Part shown: in pieces, positions 7,925 to 15,462 of the stretch
Position numbering within the stretch: the stretch's first letter is position 1
Layout of the letters: each line of letters opens with the position of its first letter
Origin: an uncultured Sangeribacter sp.
GTDB taxonomy: Bacteria > Bacteroidota > Bacteroidia > Bacteroidales > Muribaculaceae
Assembly (NCBI GenBank): GCA_964418705.1
Contig: CAYQMV010000002.1
Coordinates: 9,743-73,742, forward strand
Direction of reading: 5' to 3'
DNA: 64,000 nt
The notes under the pieces: generated by a model
What the model was told of the DNA's origin: nothing
Database searches by the model: none
Seen by the model: the letters and a program-made list of their open reading frames with translations, nothing else
Translations under genes and position numbers: made by a program

Positions 7925-8830
7925 TTAATAGGAGTTTTGCTTAATGTACTCTATAATTGAAGATGCGACGTATTTCCCCAAATTTACAGGTACGGCATTT
8001 CCTATCATTTGTTCTATTTCGCTTTTGGTTCCTATAAAATTAAATGATTCCGGGAATGTTTGAATCATGCTCCTCTCTTTTGTTGATAGGGGACTTATTC
8101 CATCAAGATTATTCACCGGGTCATTATGATGTATAGGATAACCTTTAGGAATAGGTCTGTTGACTCCTCTGATAGTAGGACTTGGTTCTTCAACGCTGAA
8201 AATTCCTCTTCTGGCATAGCTTCTCGGATGCCTATAGTAATATTTGAAATCAATTTTGTCTCCAAAATATTCCTTTACGGTCATCTCTTTTTTTGAGAGA
8301 TTGCTTTTTATTTGGCTTTCAAGAAAATTGTCGTCAGCCCCTAATTTGCCAATAAGAAAGAATCGTTTTCTTTTTTGTGGAACACCGCAAAGCGCTGCGT
8401 TTAATATTACTTGAGTCAGTCCATAACCTGCGGATTTGAAAATCTCTTTGGCTATGGCGAGTTTGTTGGTGCGTGTGATAGTAGATACGTTTTCCATAAC
8501 AAACCATAGCGGTCGAATCTTTTCTATTATTTGGGCGTATGAAACAGTGAGATTCCCTCTGCCGTTATCTTCGTTTCGTAGTCCCGCACTGCTGAAGTCT
8601 TGACATGGAGGCCCTCCTATAATCATATCCGGCTTATATTGTCGGATAGCGGACGATGCAAGTTCCACATCTGACAAATCAACAGTGTTGATAGGATGAT
8701 TGAAATTAGCCGAATACACTTTTATGGCGGCATCCCAATTGTCGTATGCGGCAACAATATTCATTCCTGCCATTTCAAAACCTAAGCTCAGACCGCCGCA
8801 ACCACTAAATAAGTCTACTACGTTCATCAT
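7925..8830 (-). CDS. DNA (cytosine-5)-methyltransferase
   Basis: Canonical m5C methyltransferase motifs are present: I DLFSGCGGLSLG, IV GGPPCQDFS, VI ENV, VIII QKRKRFF and X GNAVP. The gene is markedly AT-rich compared with its flanks. Confidence 0.95.
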   Translation of the reverse strand: MMNVVDLFSGCGGLSLGFEMAGMNIVAAYDNWDAAIKVYSANFNHPINTVDLSDVELASSAIRQYKPDMIIGGPPCQDFSSAGLRNEDNGRGNLTVSYAQIIEKIRPLWFVMENVSTITRTNKLAIAKEIFKSAGYGLTQVILNAALCGVPQKRKRFFLIGKLGADDNFLESQIKSNLSKKEMTVKEYFGDKIDFKYYYRHPRSYARRGIFSVEEPSPTIRGVNRPIPKGYPIHHNDPVNNLDGISPLSTKERSMIQTFPESFNFIGTKSEIEQMIGNAVPVNLGKYVASSIIEYIKQNSY

Positions 8831-9177
8831 TCAAATATATCAGGGCTGTTTACGATTACGGAGTCAAAACGTCTTTCCGGGCTGAGTAGATTTTGACCGC
8901 CGCCTAAAATGATATTTTTAATTTCATACTTTGAGATTCTTGGATGTGTGAGTTCGTCACATCTAAGAAATTCGTATGTTTGTTTCCCACTTAGGGCGTA
9001 TGCTTTATCATTTGCTATGTTGTAGGAATGGAGTCTGACGATTCTTCTGTAATCAAATTGTGCATATACCGATGTATAATCAAGAAGCATAAGATAAATC
9101 CATATTATGGTTCTCATTGGTCGTGTAATCCTTGTCTTGCTGATGCTGTCGGCTCGGTTGCACATTTTTTTATCCAT
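8827..9177 (-). CDS. Hypothetical 116-aa protein, translationally coupled to the methyltransferase
   Basis: Its stop overlaps the methyltransferase start (ATGA). It shares the same AT-rich composition and has its own TAnnTTTG box upstream. It contains the string CD-ELTHPRISKY-EIK (D-X10-E-X-K). I recognised no family. Confidence 0.5.
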   Translation of the reverse strand: MDKKMCNRADSISKTRITRPMRTIIWIYLMLLDYTSVYAQFDYRRIVRLHSYNIANDKAYALSGKQTYEFLRCDELTHPRISKYEIKNIILGGGQNLLSPERRFDSVIVNSPDIFE

Positions 9178-9202
9178 AGCGTAGTGATAGTTTTGTTGAG
9201 TG

Positions 9203-9210
9203 CAAAAATA
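9203..9210 (-). promoter_or_regulatory. Candidate -7 box TATTTTTG (minus strand) for the 116-aa ORF / methyltransferase pair
   Basis: Reverse complement of caaaaata, 26 nt upstream of the ATG at 9177. Confidence 0.45.
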
Positions 9211-9226
9211 GTAATTTTTTTCAAAT

Positions 9227-10819
9227 TTATTCGCTTTTCCACTCCGTGACGTTGCGTTCCTGGGTGTCGAAGTTTACTCCCACTTTGACTAGTTCGCGTT
9301 TGTCGGCGAGGAACGGCTCGGCATATCCTTTCTCTTGGATTTGACGAAGCGCGGCGTCGGCGGAGCCGTTGATTTTAATCTCAACGATGTAGATGTATTT
9401 GGGCGAGAGGATTGTGATGTCGGCGGCACCCTTTGAGCTGCGCACCTCGGCGTTGACCTCGTTGTGAAGCATACGGAAGAAGAAAAAGAAGATGCGGTGG
9501 TAGTACGCTTCGGTCTTTTCGGCGTCGGCGAGGATATCTTTGTCGCCGCGCATATATGGCAGAGACGCGAGCATGGATTTTAGCAGCATCATCGCTTTCT
9601 CCAAGTCACCCTTTTTCAGAGCCACCGACGCGAGTGAGACGGTGTTCTCCACATCATAATCGCTGTTGCCGGAGTACATTGGGAGTAGGTTTTGCAACAA
9701 TCCCACGCGCACCTCGCTGTTGGGGATTCCCAAGAAGAACACCCTCGCTTCGGGATCGTAATCTTTGATGGTGAGATATCCGGCTTGATACAATAGCGAC
9801 AAAGGTCCGGACTGCGATTCGAGCGGTGACTCGAATTTTGCCGGGGATACGGAATTGATGGAATCCAGCATATCAATGTCGAATTTTCCCTCTTGCCGGT
9901 ATTTTTTGAGCATTTCAATGAGGAAGCGTGGCGTTCCGCTGCGGAACCAGTAGCTGTCGATTTTGGCGGATTTGAGTGCGTTGAGCAGACTGAACGGGTT
10001 AAACAACCCTTCGGATTCTTCGCTGAAATGGTACCCATCGTAGGCACTTTGCAGCCGTGCTATGGTCTCCTCGTGTGAGAGTCCCAATTTCTCCGCCATT
10101 TTGTTGATGCCGTATTGGAAGTTCTCCACAAGCTCATGTTCCGTTATTCCGCAGATGGATGCGTATTCATCGCTTCTCGAAATGATTTCCAGATTGTTGA
10201 GTTCGCTGAAGATGCTCAGTTGTGAGAACATGGAGATTCCCGTGAGGAATACGAAGCGCAGATATTTGTCGCAAGTTTTCAGCGGAGAGTAGAACTCGCT
10301 AAGAATCATGCGGATATCCACACGTTTCCCATCATCGTGCAGCACATCAAGGATGGGTGCGTCGTATTCGTCAATTAGTAGTACCGCTTTTTGATTTGTG
10401 GCTTCATAGGTTTTGCGGATTAACGTATTGAGCCTGTCCCCTAATGCGGATGCTGTTTTATTAACGTTGTATCTCTCCTCGTATTCACTTAGCTGCAAGG
10501 CGATGCTCTCGATCATCTCGTTTTTAGGTTTCCCCTTGACGGTGCTGAGGTCGAAATGCAGCACGGGATACTTGATCCACTCCTTTTCAAGTTCTTCCAT
10601 CGCCAATCCGGAGAACAGGTCACTGCGCCCCTCGAAATAGTAGTGGAGCGTGCTTGTCAGCAGCGATTTGCCGAATCGTCGCGGACGGCTGAGGAAAACA
10701 TATTTACAACTATGTGTAAGACGGTGGATAAGAGCCGTCTTGTCCACATATAGCGCGTTGAGAGAACGAATCTCCTCAAAATCTTGGATACCTATCGGGT
10801 AGCGAGGTTCTTCCATCAT
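9227..10819 (-). CDS. AAA-ATPase-like protein with C-terminal PD-(D/E)xK-type domain (the AAA-ATPase_like plus PDDEXK_9 architecture common in Bacteroidales)
   Basis: The N-terminus YPIGIQDFEEIR...YVDKT...FLSRPRRFGKSLL is characteristic of this family. The C-terminal block is ...DITILSPKYIYIVEIKINGSA.... Confidence 0.8.
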   Translation of the reverse strand: MMEEPRYPIGIQDFEEIRSLNALYVDKTALIHRLTHSCKYVFLSRPRRFGKSLLTSTLHYYFEGRSDLFSGLAMEELEKEWIKYPVLHFDLSTVKGKPKNEMIESIALQLSEYEERYNVNKTASALGDRLNTLIRKTYEATNQKAVLLIDEYDAPILDVLHDDGKRVDIRMILSEFYSPLKTCDKYLRFVFLTGISMFSQLSIFSELNNLEIISRSDEYASICGITEHELVENFQYGINKMAEKLGLSHEETIARLQSAYDGYHFSEESEGLFNPFSLLNALKSAKIDSYWFRSGTPRFLIEMLKKYRQEGKFDIDMLDSINSVSPAKFESPLESQSGPLSLLYQAGYLTIKDYDPEARVFFLGIPNSEVRVGLLQNLLPMYSGNSDYDVENTVSLASVALKKGDLEKAMMLLKSMLASLPYMRGDKDILADAEKTEAYYHRIFFFFFRMLHNEVNAEVRSSKGAADITILSPKYIYIVEIKINGSADAALRQIQEKGYAEPFLADKRELVKVGVNFDTQERNVTEWKSE

Positions 10820-10842
10820 AGCGGTTGACTTTTTAGTGAGAG

Positions 10843-10850
10843 CAAAGATA
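10843..10850 (-). promoter_or_regulatory. Candidate -7 box TATCTTTG (minus strand) for the AAA-ATPase-like gene
   Basis: Reverse complement of caaagata, 24 nt upstream of the ATG at 10819. Confidence 0.4.
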
Positions 10851-10958
10851 ATGAAATTTTTTTATACTCCTCCCATTAATTCACGCTATATCACATCTAT
10901 ACAATGCTTCTACCAACTGCTTTATAAGGAGCTCCACCCCGGCTAGCTACTCACTACA

Positions 10959-11273
10959 TTACTTTCCGTTTCTTTCGAGATACTCTGACATGGCCTCGTT
11001 TACGATGTCGCGGAGCGACATGTTTTTCTCTATTGCGAGGTATTTCATGCGGGTGTGGATGCTTTTATTTATGACAAAGTTGCAGTGTACGGCAGACTCC
11101 TTTTTCGGGGCCTCAGCAGCCGCTTCCTGTGCGTTGTGGCGCGGTGCGGCGGCGGATGCCGTGTCGTGGTGAGCCGCCGGCTTGCGGGGCTCTTCATGAG
11201 GTATGGAAGTGGGGGAGAGGAGTCCGTTTAACCCCCCCTTCATGCTGTCTTTAAGAGAATTTGCTTTTCCCAT
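10959..11273 (-). CDS. Small partner protein of ParA with a predicted ribbon-helix-helix C-terminus
   Basis: It lies 20 nt downstream of parA. The N-terminus is low-complexity and Ala/Pro-rich. The C-terminus CNFVINKSIHTRMKYLAIEKNMSLRDIVNEAMSEYLERN fits a strand-helix-helix pattern. Confidence 0.55.
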   Translation of the reverse strand: MGKANSLKDSMKGGLNGLLSPTSIPHEEPRKPAAHHDTASAAAPRHNAQEAAAEAPKKESAVHCNFVINKSIHTRMKYLAIEKNMSLRDIVNEAMSEYLERNGK

Positions 11274-11293
11274 AGTTGTTTCGTTTTTGTACC

Positions 11294-12052
11294 TTATTTC
11301 AGATCAATCACTTCTTTGGCGAGCTCAAGATAATCTTGGGCGCCATAGGAGCGTTTATTGTATTCGAAAATATTTTGACCATGTATGGGCGCTTCGGCGA
11401 GAGCCACATTGTCGCGTATCATAGTCTTAAACACCTTGTCGCAGAAAGACTCTTTGATGAGGTCGCTGACACTCTTGTTGAGCGTTTTTCGTTTGTCGAA
11501 TTGAGTGATGACGATACCGCCTATTTTCAGGTTGCTGTTCAGGCGTTCCTGCACGATTTGAATGATGTTCATGAGCTTCGCCATACCCCTCATTGCGAGG
11601 AATTGCGCTTGCACCGGGATAATGAGGTAGCTCGACGCTGTGAGCGCGTTGAGGGTGAGCAGTCCTAACGACGGGGGACAGTCGATTAGGATATAGTCGA
11701 AGTCGCGTTCTTGGGTGGCGCGGGAGATTAGTCCGCGGAGAATCATTTCGCGCCCCGGTTCGTTGATTAGTTCCGATTCGGCGGCGGAGAGGTCGAGACA
11801 TGAGGGCACGAGAGTGATGCCATTTTCGCACTCATGCATGGGGAGGGGGTATTCACCCTTCATTGCGCCGTAGATTGTTTGAGGTTCTTCAATCGACACC
11901 CCCATGGATTCAGTAAGGTTTGCTTGGCCGTCGAGGTCGATCACCATCACTCTCTTTCCTTGCATTTGAAGGGCTGCCGCGAGGTTAATGGTGGTGGTGC
12001 TTTTGCCCACGCCCCCTTTGTGGTTTAGGATAGCTATTATTTCGGTATTCAT
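11294..12052 (-). CDS. parA: ParA/Soj-family partition ATPase
   Basis: Deviant Walker A motif NHKGGVGKSTT and DLDGQANLT are present. I chose the start at MNTEIIAIL (12052) because a TAACTTTG box lies at 12080-12087. Confidence 0.9.
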   Translation of the reverse strand: MNTEIIAILNHKGGVGKSTTTINLAAALQMQGKRVMVIDLDGQANLTESMGVSIEEPQTIYGAMKGEYPLPMHECENGITLVPSCLDLSAAESELINEPGREMILRGLISRATQERDFDYILIDCPPSLGLLTLNALTASSYLIIPVQAQFLAMRGMAKLMNIIQIVQERLNSNLKIGGIVITQFDKRKTLNKSVSDLIKESFCDKVFKTMIRDNVALAEAPIHGQNIFEYNKRSYGAQDYLELAKEVIDLK

Positions 12053-12079
12053 GATGTTGATATTAATAAAATGATAGTG

Positions 12080-12087
12080 CAAAGTTA
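12080..12087 (-). promoter_or_regulatory. Candidate -7 box TAACTTTG (minus strand) for the parA operon
   Basis: Reverse complement of caaagtta, 28 nt upstream of the ATG at 12052. Confidence 0.5.
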
Positions 12088-12088
12088 A

Positions 12089-12162
12089 TACTAATCGGAG
12101 TATTTACTATCATTAGTAGCGAAAAATTTTTGACTAAATGTCTAAAATTAGTAGATACTAAT
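12089..12162. promoter_or_regulatory. Cluster of TACTAAT/ATTAGTA heptamers (candidate operator or centromere-like site)
   Basis: TACTAAT at 12089-12095. ATTAGTA at 12112-12118. Perfect palindrome ATTAGTA-GA-TACTAAT at 12147-12162. All lie immediately upstream of the parA promoter box. Confidence 0.45.
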
Positions 12163-12260
12163 AGTAGTAATTAAGCTTTTCGAGGTAGTTAACAGCCGGT
12201 TGAGTTTTTTTAAAATTATCCTAATTTATTTTTTTTACCACCTCGTTTATTTTTTTTTAT

Positions 12261-12268
12261 TACCTTTG
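12261..12268 (+). promoter_or_regulatory. Candidate -7 box TACCTTTG for the ROK-kinase operon
   Basis: Exact TAnnTTTG match, 44 nt upstream of the ATG at 12312. Confidence 0.45.
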
Positions 12269-12311
12269 TGGAATCTATTGTTTATAATGAATACTCTCTA
12301 TTGTAATTGAA

Positions 12312-13271
12312 ATGGCAAGAGAAAAGCAACCAATAGTGGTGGGCATAGACATAGGAGGCACCACCACGACTTTTGGCTTTGTGGACCGACGTGGCAATAT
12401 ACTCGCCAACGGAGGCATCGCGACTAACTTACATCCGAATCTTGATGAATATATCTCCTCGTTGCATTTGGAGGTGGAGCAGGTCATAGCCAACAATCAT
12501 ATCACTGACCCGATCATCGGCATCGGCGTTGGCGCTCCCGCCGCGAACTCCAAGACCGGAGAGATAGAGAACGCCGTAAACCTACCATGGCCGTCGCCCA
12601 CACCGTTGGCGGCGATGATGAGCAAGGAGTTTGATCTTCCGGTGAAAATCGCCAACGACGCCAACGCCGCCACCATCGGCGAGATGATGTATGGCGCCGC
12701 GCGCGGTATCAAAGATTTTATAATGCTTACCCTCGGCACCGGTATCGGCGGCGGCGTTGTCGTCGATGACCGTTTGGTGTTGGGCGTGGGTTCCATGGCT
12801 GGCGAGCTTGGCCATGTGGTGGTGCGTCAGGAGAACGGACGCAAGTGCGGCTGTGGCAGATACGGCTGCTTGGAGACTTATTGCTCCGCCACCGGATTGG
12901 TGCGCACCGCGTGCCGTATGCTCGCCGAGGGCACCGAGCCGTCGTTGCTGCGTGAAGTGGATGTGGAGAATATCACCGCGCTGGACGTTTATAAAGCGGC
13001 GGTGCGCGGCGACAAAGTGGCGAAAGAGGTGTTTGACTATACAGGGGAGGTTCTCGGCGAGGCGTGCGCCAACTATGCGCTCTTCACCGCTCCGGAGGCA
13101 ATCGTGCTTTTCGGCGGTCTCGCCAAGGCCGGAGAACTGCTCTTCAAACCTGTGCGCGACTCCTTCAAACGCCATTCGTTGAGTATCTTCAAAGATAAAG
13201 TGAAAATCATACCGTCGGGATTACGTGAGGCGGACGCCGCGATTCTCGGAGCCGCCGCCGTGGCATGGTAA
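12312..13271 (+). CDS. ROK-family sugar kinase (glucokinase-like)
   Basis: N-terminal GIDIGGTTT ATP-binding motif. ROK zinc motif CGCGRYGCLETYCS. Confidence 0.9.
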   Translation: MAREKQPIVVGIDIGGTTTTFGFVDRRGNILANGGIATNLHPNLDEYISSLHLEVEQVIANNHITDPIIGIGVGAPAANSKTGEIENAVNLPWPSPTPLAAMMSKEFDLPVKIANDANAATIGEMMYGAARGIKDFIMLTLGTGIGGGVVVDDRLVLGVGSMAGELGHVVVRQENGRKCGCGRYGCLETYCSATGLVRTACRMLAEGTEPSLLREVDVENITALDVYKAAVRGDKVAKEVFDYTGEVLGEACANYALFTAPEAIVLFGGLAKAGELLFKPVRDSFKRHSLSIFKDKVKIIPSGLREADAAILGAAAVAW

Positions 13272-13303
13272 GGTCTCACATTGAATAATGAAAAAATCTG
13301 ATA

Positions 13304-14617
13304 TTGATGAACCGTAGTTTCTTAAAAAATATGTGTGCGGCGCTCCTCGTGGCAATCTCCGGAGGGAATGTCGCCATGGGGGCGTACACTCCGTCGCAGG
13401 AGGTGAGGGCTTCACAGAAAGAGTTTTCGGAGGATCGCTTCGGCATCTTCATCCATTGGGGCATCTATAGTATGTTCGCCCAAGGGGAGTGGTATCTTAA
13501 TTACGGGCCCACCGCCGAGGAGTACGCCAAGGCGGCGTCGGGCTTTTATCCCGCCAATTTCGATGCCGACGCATGGGTGAAAGCCATAAAAGAGGGTGGT
13601 GCCAAGTATATATGCATCACCACGCGCCACCACGACGGCTTCTCCATGTTCCATACCAAGCAATCGCCCTACAACATAGTCGATGCCACACCATTCCACC
13701 GCGACATACTCAAGGAACTCTCCGACGCGTGTCAGCGCTACGGCATCAAATTGCACCTATACTATTCGCATCTTGATTGGACGCGTGAGGATTATCCGCA
13801 GGGACGCACCGGACACGACACCGGGCGCGACGCTTCCAAAGCAGATTGGAACCACTACTACAACTTCATGAACGCGCAGTTGCGCGAGCTGCTGACCGAG
13901 TACGGCCCCATACGCGCCGTATGGTTCGACGGATGGTGGGACCATGATGAGGATACCACTCCCTTTGATTGGCGTTTGGAGGAGCAGTATGCCATGATCC
14001 ATAGCTTGCAGCCGGGGTGCTTGGTCGGCAACAACCATCATCAGAACCCATTCGATGGTGAGGATATCCAAATTTTTGAACGCGACGTGCCGGGGGAGAA
14101 CACCGCCGGATATTCGGAGCAGGATATCAGCCATCTTCCTTTGGAGACCTGCAACACCATGAACGGCATGTGGGGGTATAAGATCAAGGATCAGGACTAC
14201 AAGACCGTGGATGAGATAATCTCTTATCTCGTGCGCACGGCGGGAATGGGCGCCAACCTTCTTCTCAATATCGGTCCGCAACCCGACGGATCCCTCCCCG
14301 CCACCGCCCTCGAACGACTAAAAGGTGTGGGCGCATGGTTGGATAAATATGGGGAGACCATCTACGGCACCGAGGGTTGCAATATGCCGAGTCATGACTG
14401 GGGCACGGTGACGCGCAAGGGTGACCGCGTGTTTGTGCATATCCTTTCTCTCGGCGACAAAGAGGTTTACGTGCCGTTGAAAGGAAGCGTGAAGCAGGCG
14501 TTCAGTTTCGACGACGGCAGGAAAGTATCATTCAAGCAGACCGCCGAGGGAGTGGTGCTGAACGTGGGGGCTATCCCCAAGGTTCCGGACTATGTGGTGG
14601 AACTGCGCCTTAAATAA
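13304..14617 (+). CDS. Alpha-L-fucosidase (GH29)
   Basis: Signal peptide. FGIFIHWGIYSM...GEWY and ...ICITTRHHDGFSMF blocks are typical of GH29. Confidence 0.85.
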   Translation: MMNRSFLKNMCAALLVAISGGNVAMGAYTPSQEVRASQKEFSEDRFGIFIHWGIYSMFAQGEWYLNYGPTAEEYAKAASGFYPANFDADAWVKAIKEGGAKYICITTRHHDGFSMFHTKQSPYNIVDATPFHRDILKELSDACQRYGIKLHLYYSHLDWTREDYPQGRTGHDTGRDASKADWNHYYNFMNAQLRELLTEYGPIRAVWFDGWWDHDEDTTPFDWRLEEQYAMIHSLQPGCLVGNNHHQNPFDGEDIQIFERDVPGENTAGYSEQDISHLPLETCNTMNGMWGYKIKDQDYKTVDEIISYLVRTAGMGANLLLNIGPQPDGSLPATALERLKGVGAWLDKYGETIYGTEGCNMPSHDWGTVTRKGDRVFVHILSLGDKEVYVPLKGSVKQAFSFDDGRKVSFKQTAEGVVLNVGAIPKVPDYVVELRLK

Positions 14618-14633
14618 TAAATTTTGAATTACC

Positions 14634-15401
14634 ATGAATAAAACCAAAGAGGGCACGCCTGTCTTAGAGGTATGTGCCGGAGATATAGAGAGCGTCGTCG
14701 CCGCCAAAAAGGGTGGTGCGGTGCGTGTGGAGTTATGCAGTGCCCTCGGAGAGGGGGGCATCACTCCATCATTAGGAATGATAAAAGCTGCCGTGGCGGT
14801 GGGAGGTATCGATATAAACGTATTGATACGCCCCCGCGGCGGCGATTTCCTTTATACGGAGGATGAAGTGGCGTTGATGTGTGAGGATATCCGCCAATGT
14901 GCGGCGGCGGGAGTTCACGGCGTGGTGATCGGGGCTTTGCGTTCCGACGGAAGCGTGGATTTCGAAGCGTGCCGCCGGATGGTGGATGCCGCCGGGAACC
15001 TGGAGGTCACATTCCATAGGGCTTTCGACATGTGCCGTAAGCCGGCGTGTGCCTTTGAGGAGATAATCCGTCTCGGGTGCCACCGGCTGCTCACTTCCGG
15101 ACAGGCTGCCTCGGCATGGGAGGGACGCTCCCTCATCGCCGACCTCCGCCAGCGTAGCGAGGGACGTATCAGCGTGATGCCCGGAGGGGGAGTGAGTCCG
15201 GAGAACGCCGCGGAGATCATCCGCGCCACCGGGGTGTGGGAGATTCACGCGTCGGCGCGTAAATCCGTGGCGAGCGATATGCGTTTCCGCATCGACGGCG
15301 TGGCTATGGGTAATCCCGGCGACGACGAATACATGCGCAAGACCACATCCTCGAAGATCGTGCGCATGATAGTAAATTCAATAAGTAAAATAGATATTTG
15401 A
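14634..15401 (+). CDS. cutC: CutC-family copper homeostasis protein
   Basis: LEVCAGDIESVVAAKKGGAVRVELCSAL..GGITPS is the characteristic CutC N-terminus. Length is about 250 aa. Confidence 0.85.
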   Translation: MNKTKEGTPVLEVCAGDIESVVAAKKGGAVRVELCSALGEGGITPSLGMIKAAVAVGGIDINVLIRPRGGDFLYTEDEVALMCEDIRQCAAAGVHGVVIGALRSDGSVDFEACRRMVDAAGNLEVTFHRAFDMCRKPACAFEEIIRLGCHRLLTSGQAASAWEGRSLIADLRQRSEGRISVMPGGGVSPENAAEIIRATGVWEIHASARKSVASDMRFRIDGVAMGNPGDDEYMRKTTSSKIVRMIVNSISKIDI

Positions 15402-15462
15402 CCTAATATAACCATCCGACAGATATTGGATCAAATATCCCTACAATAACTACAACAGAGAA

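Noticed and set aside
7894-12162. Calling the methyltransferase / AAA-ATPase / ParA stretch an integrative mobile element
   Set aside because: I found no integrase, transposase, relaxase or tra genes, no flanking tRNA and no direct repeats. Only the 1.3 kb methyltransferase islet shows a clear compositional break. I report it as an accessory patch, not as a defined mobile element.
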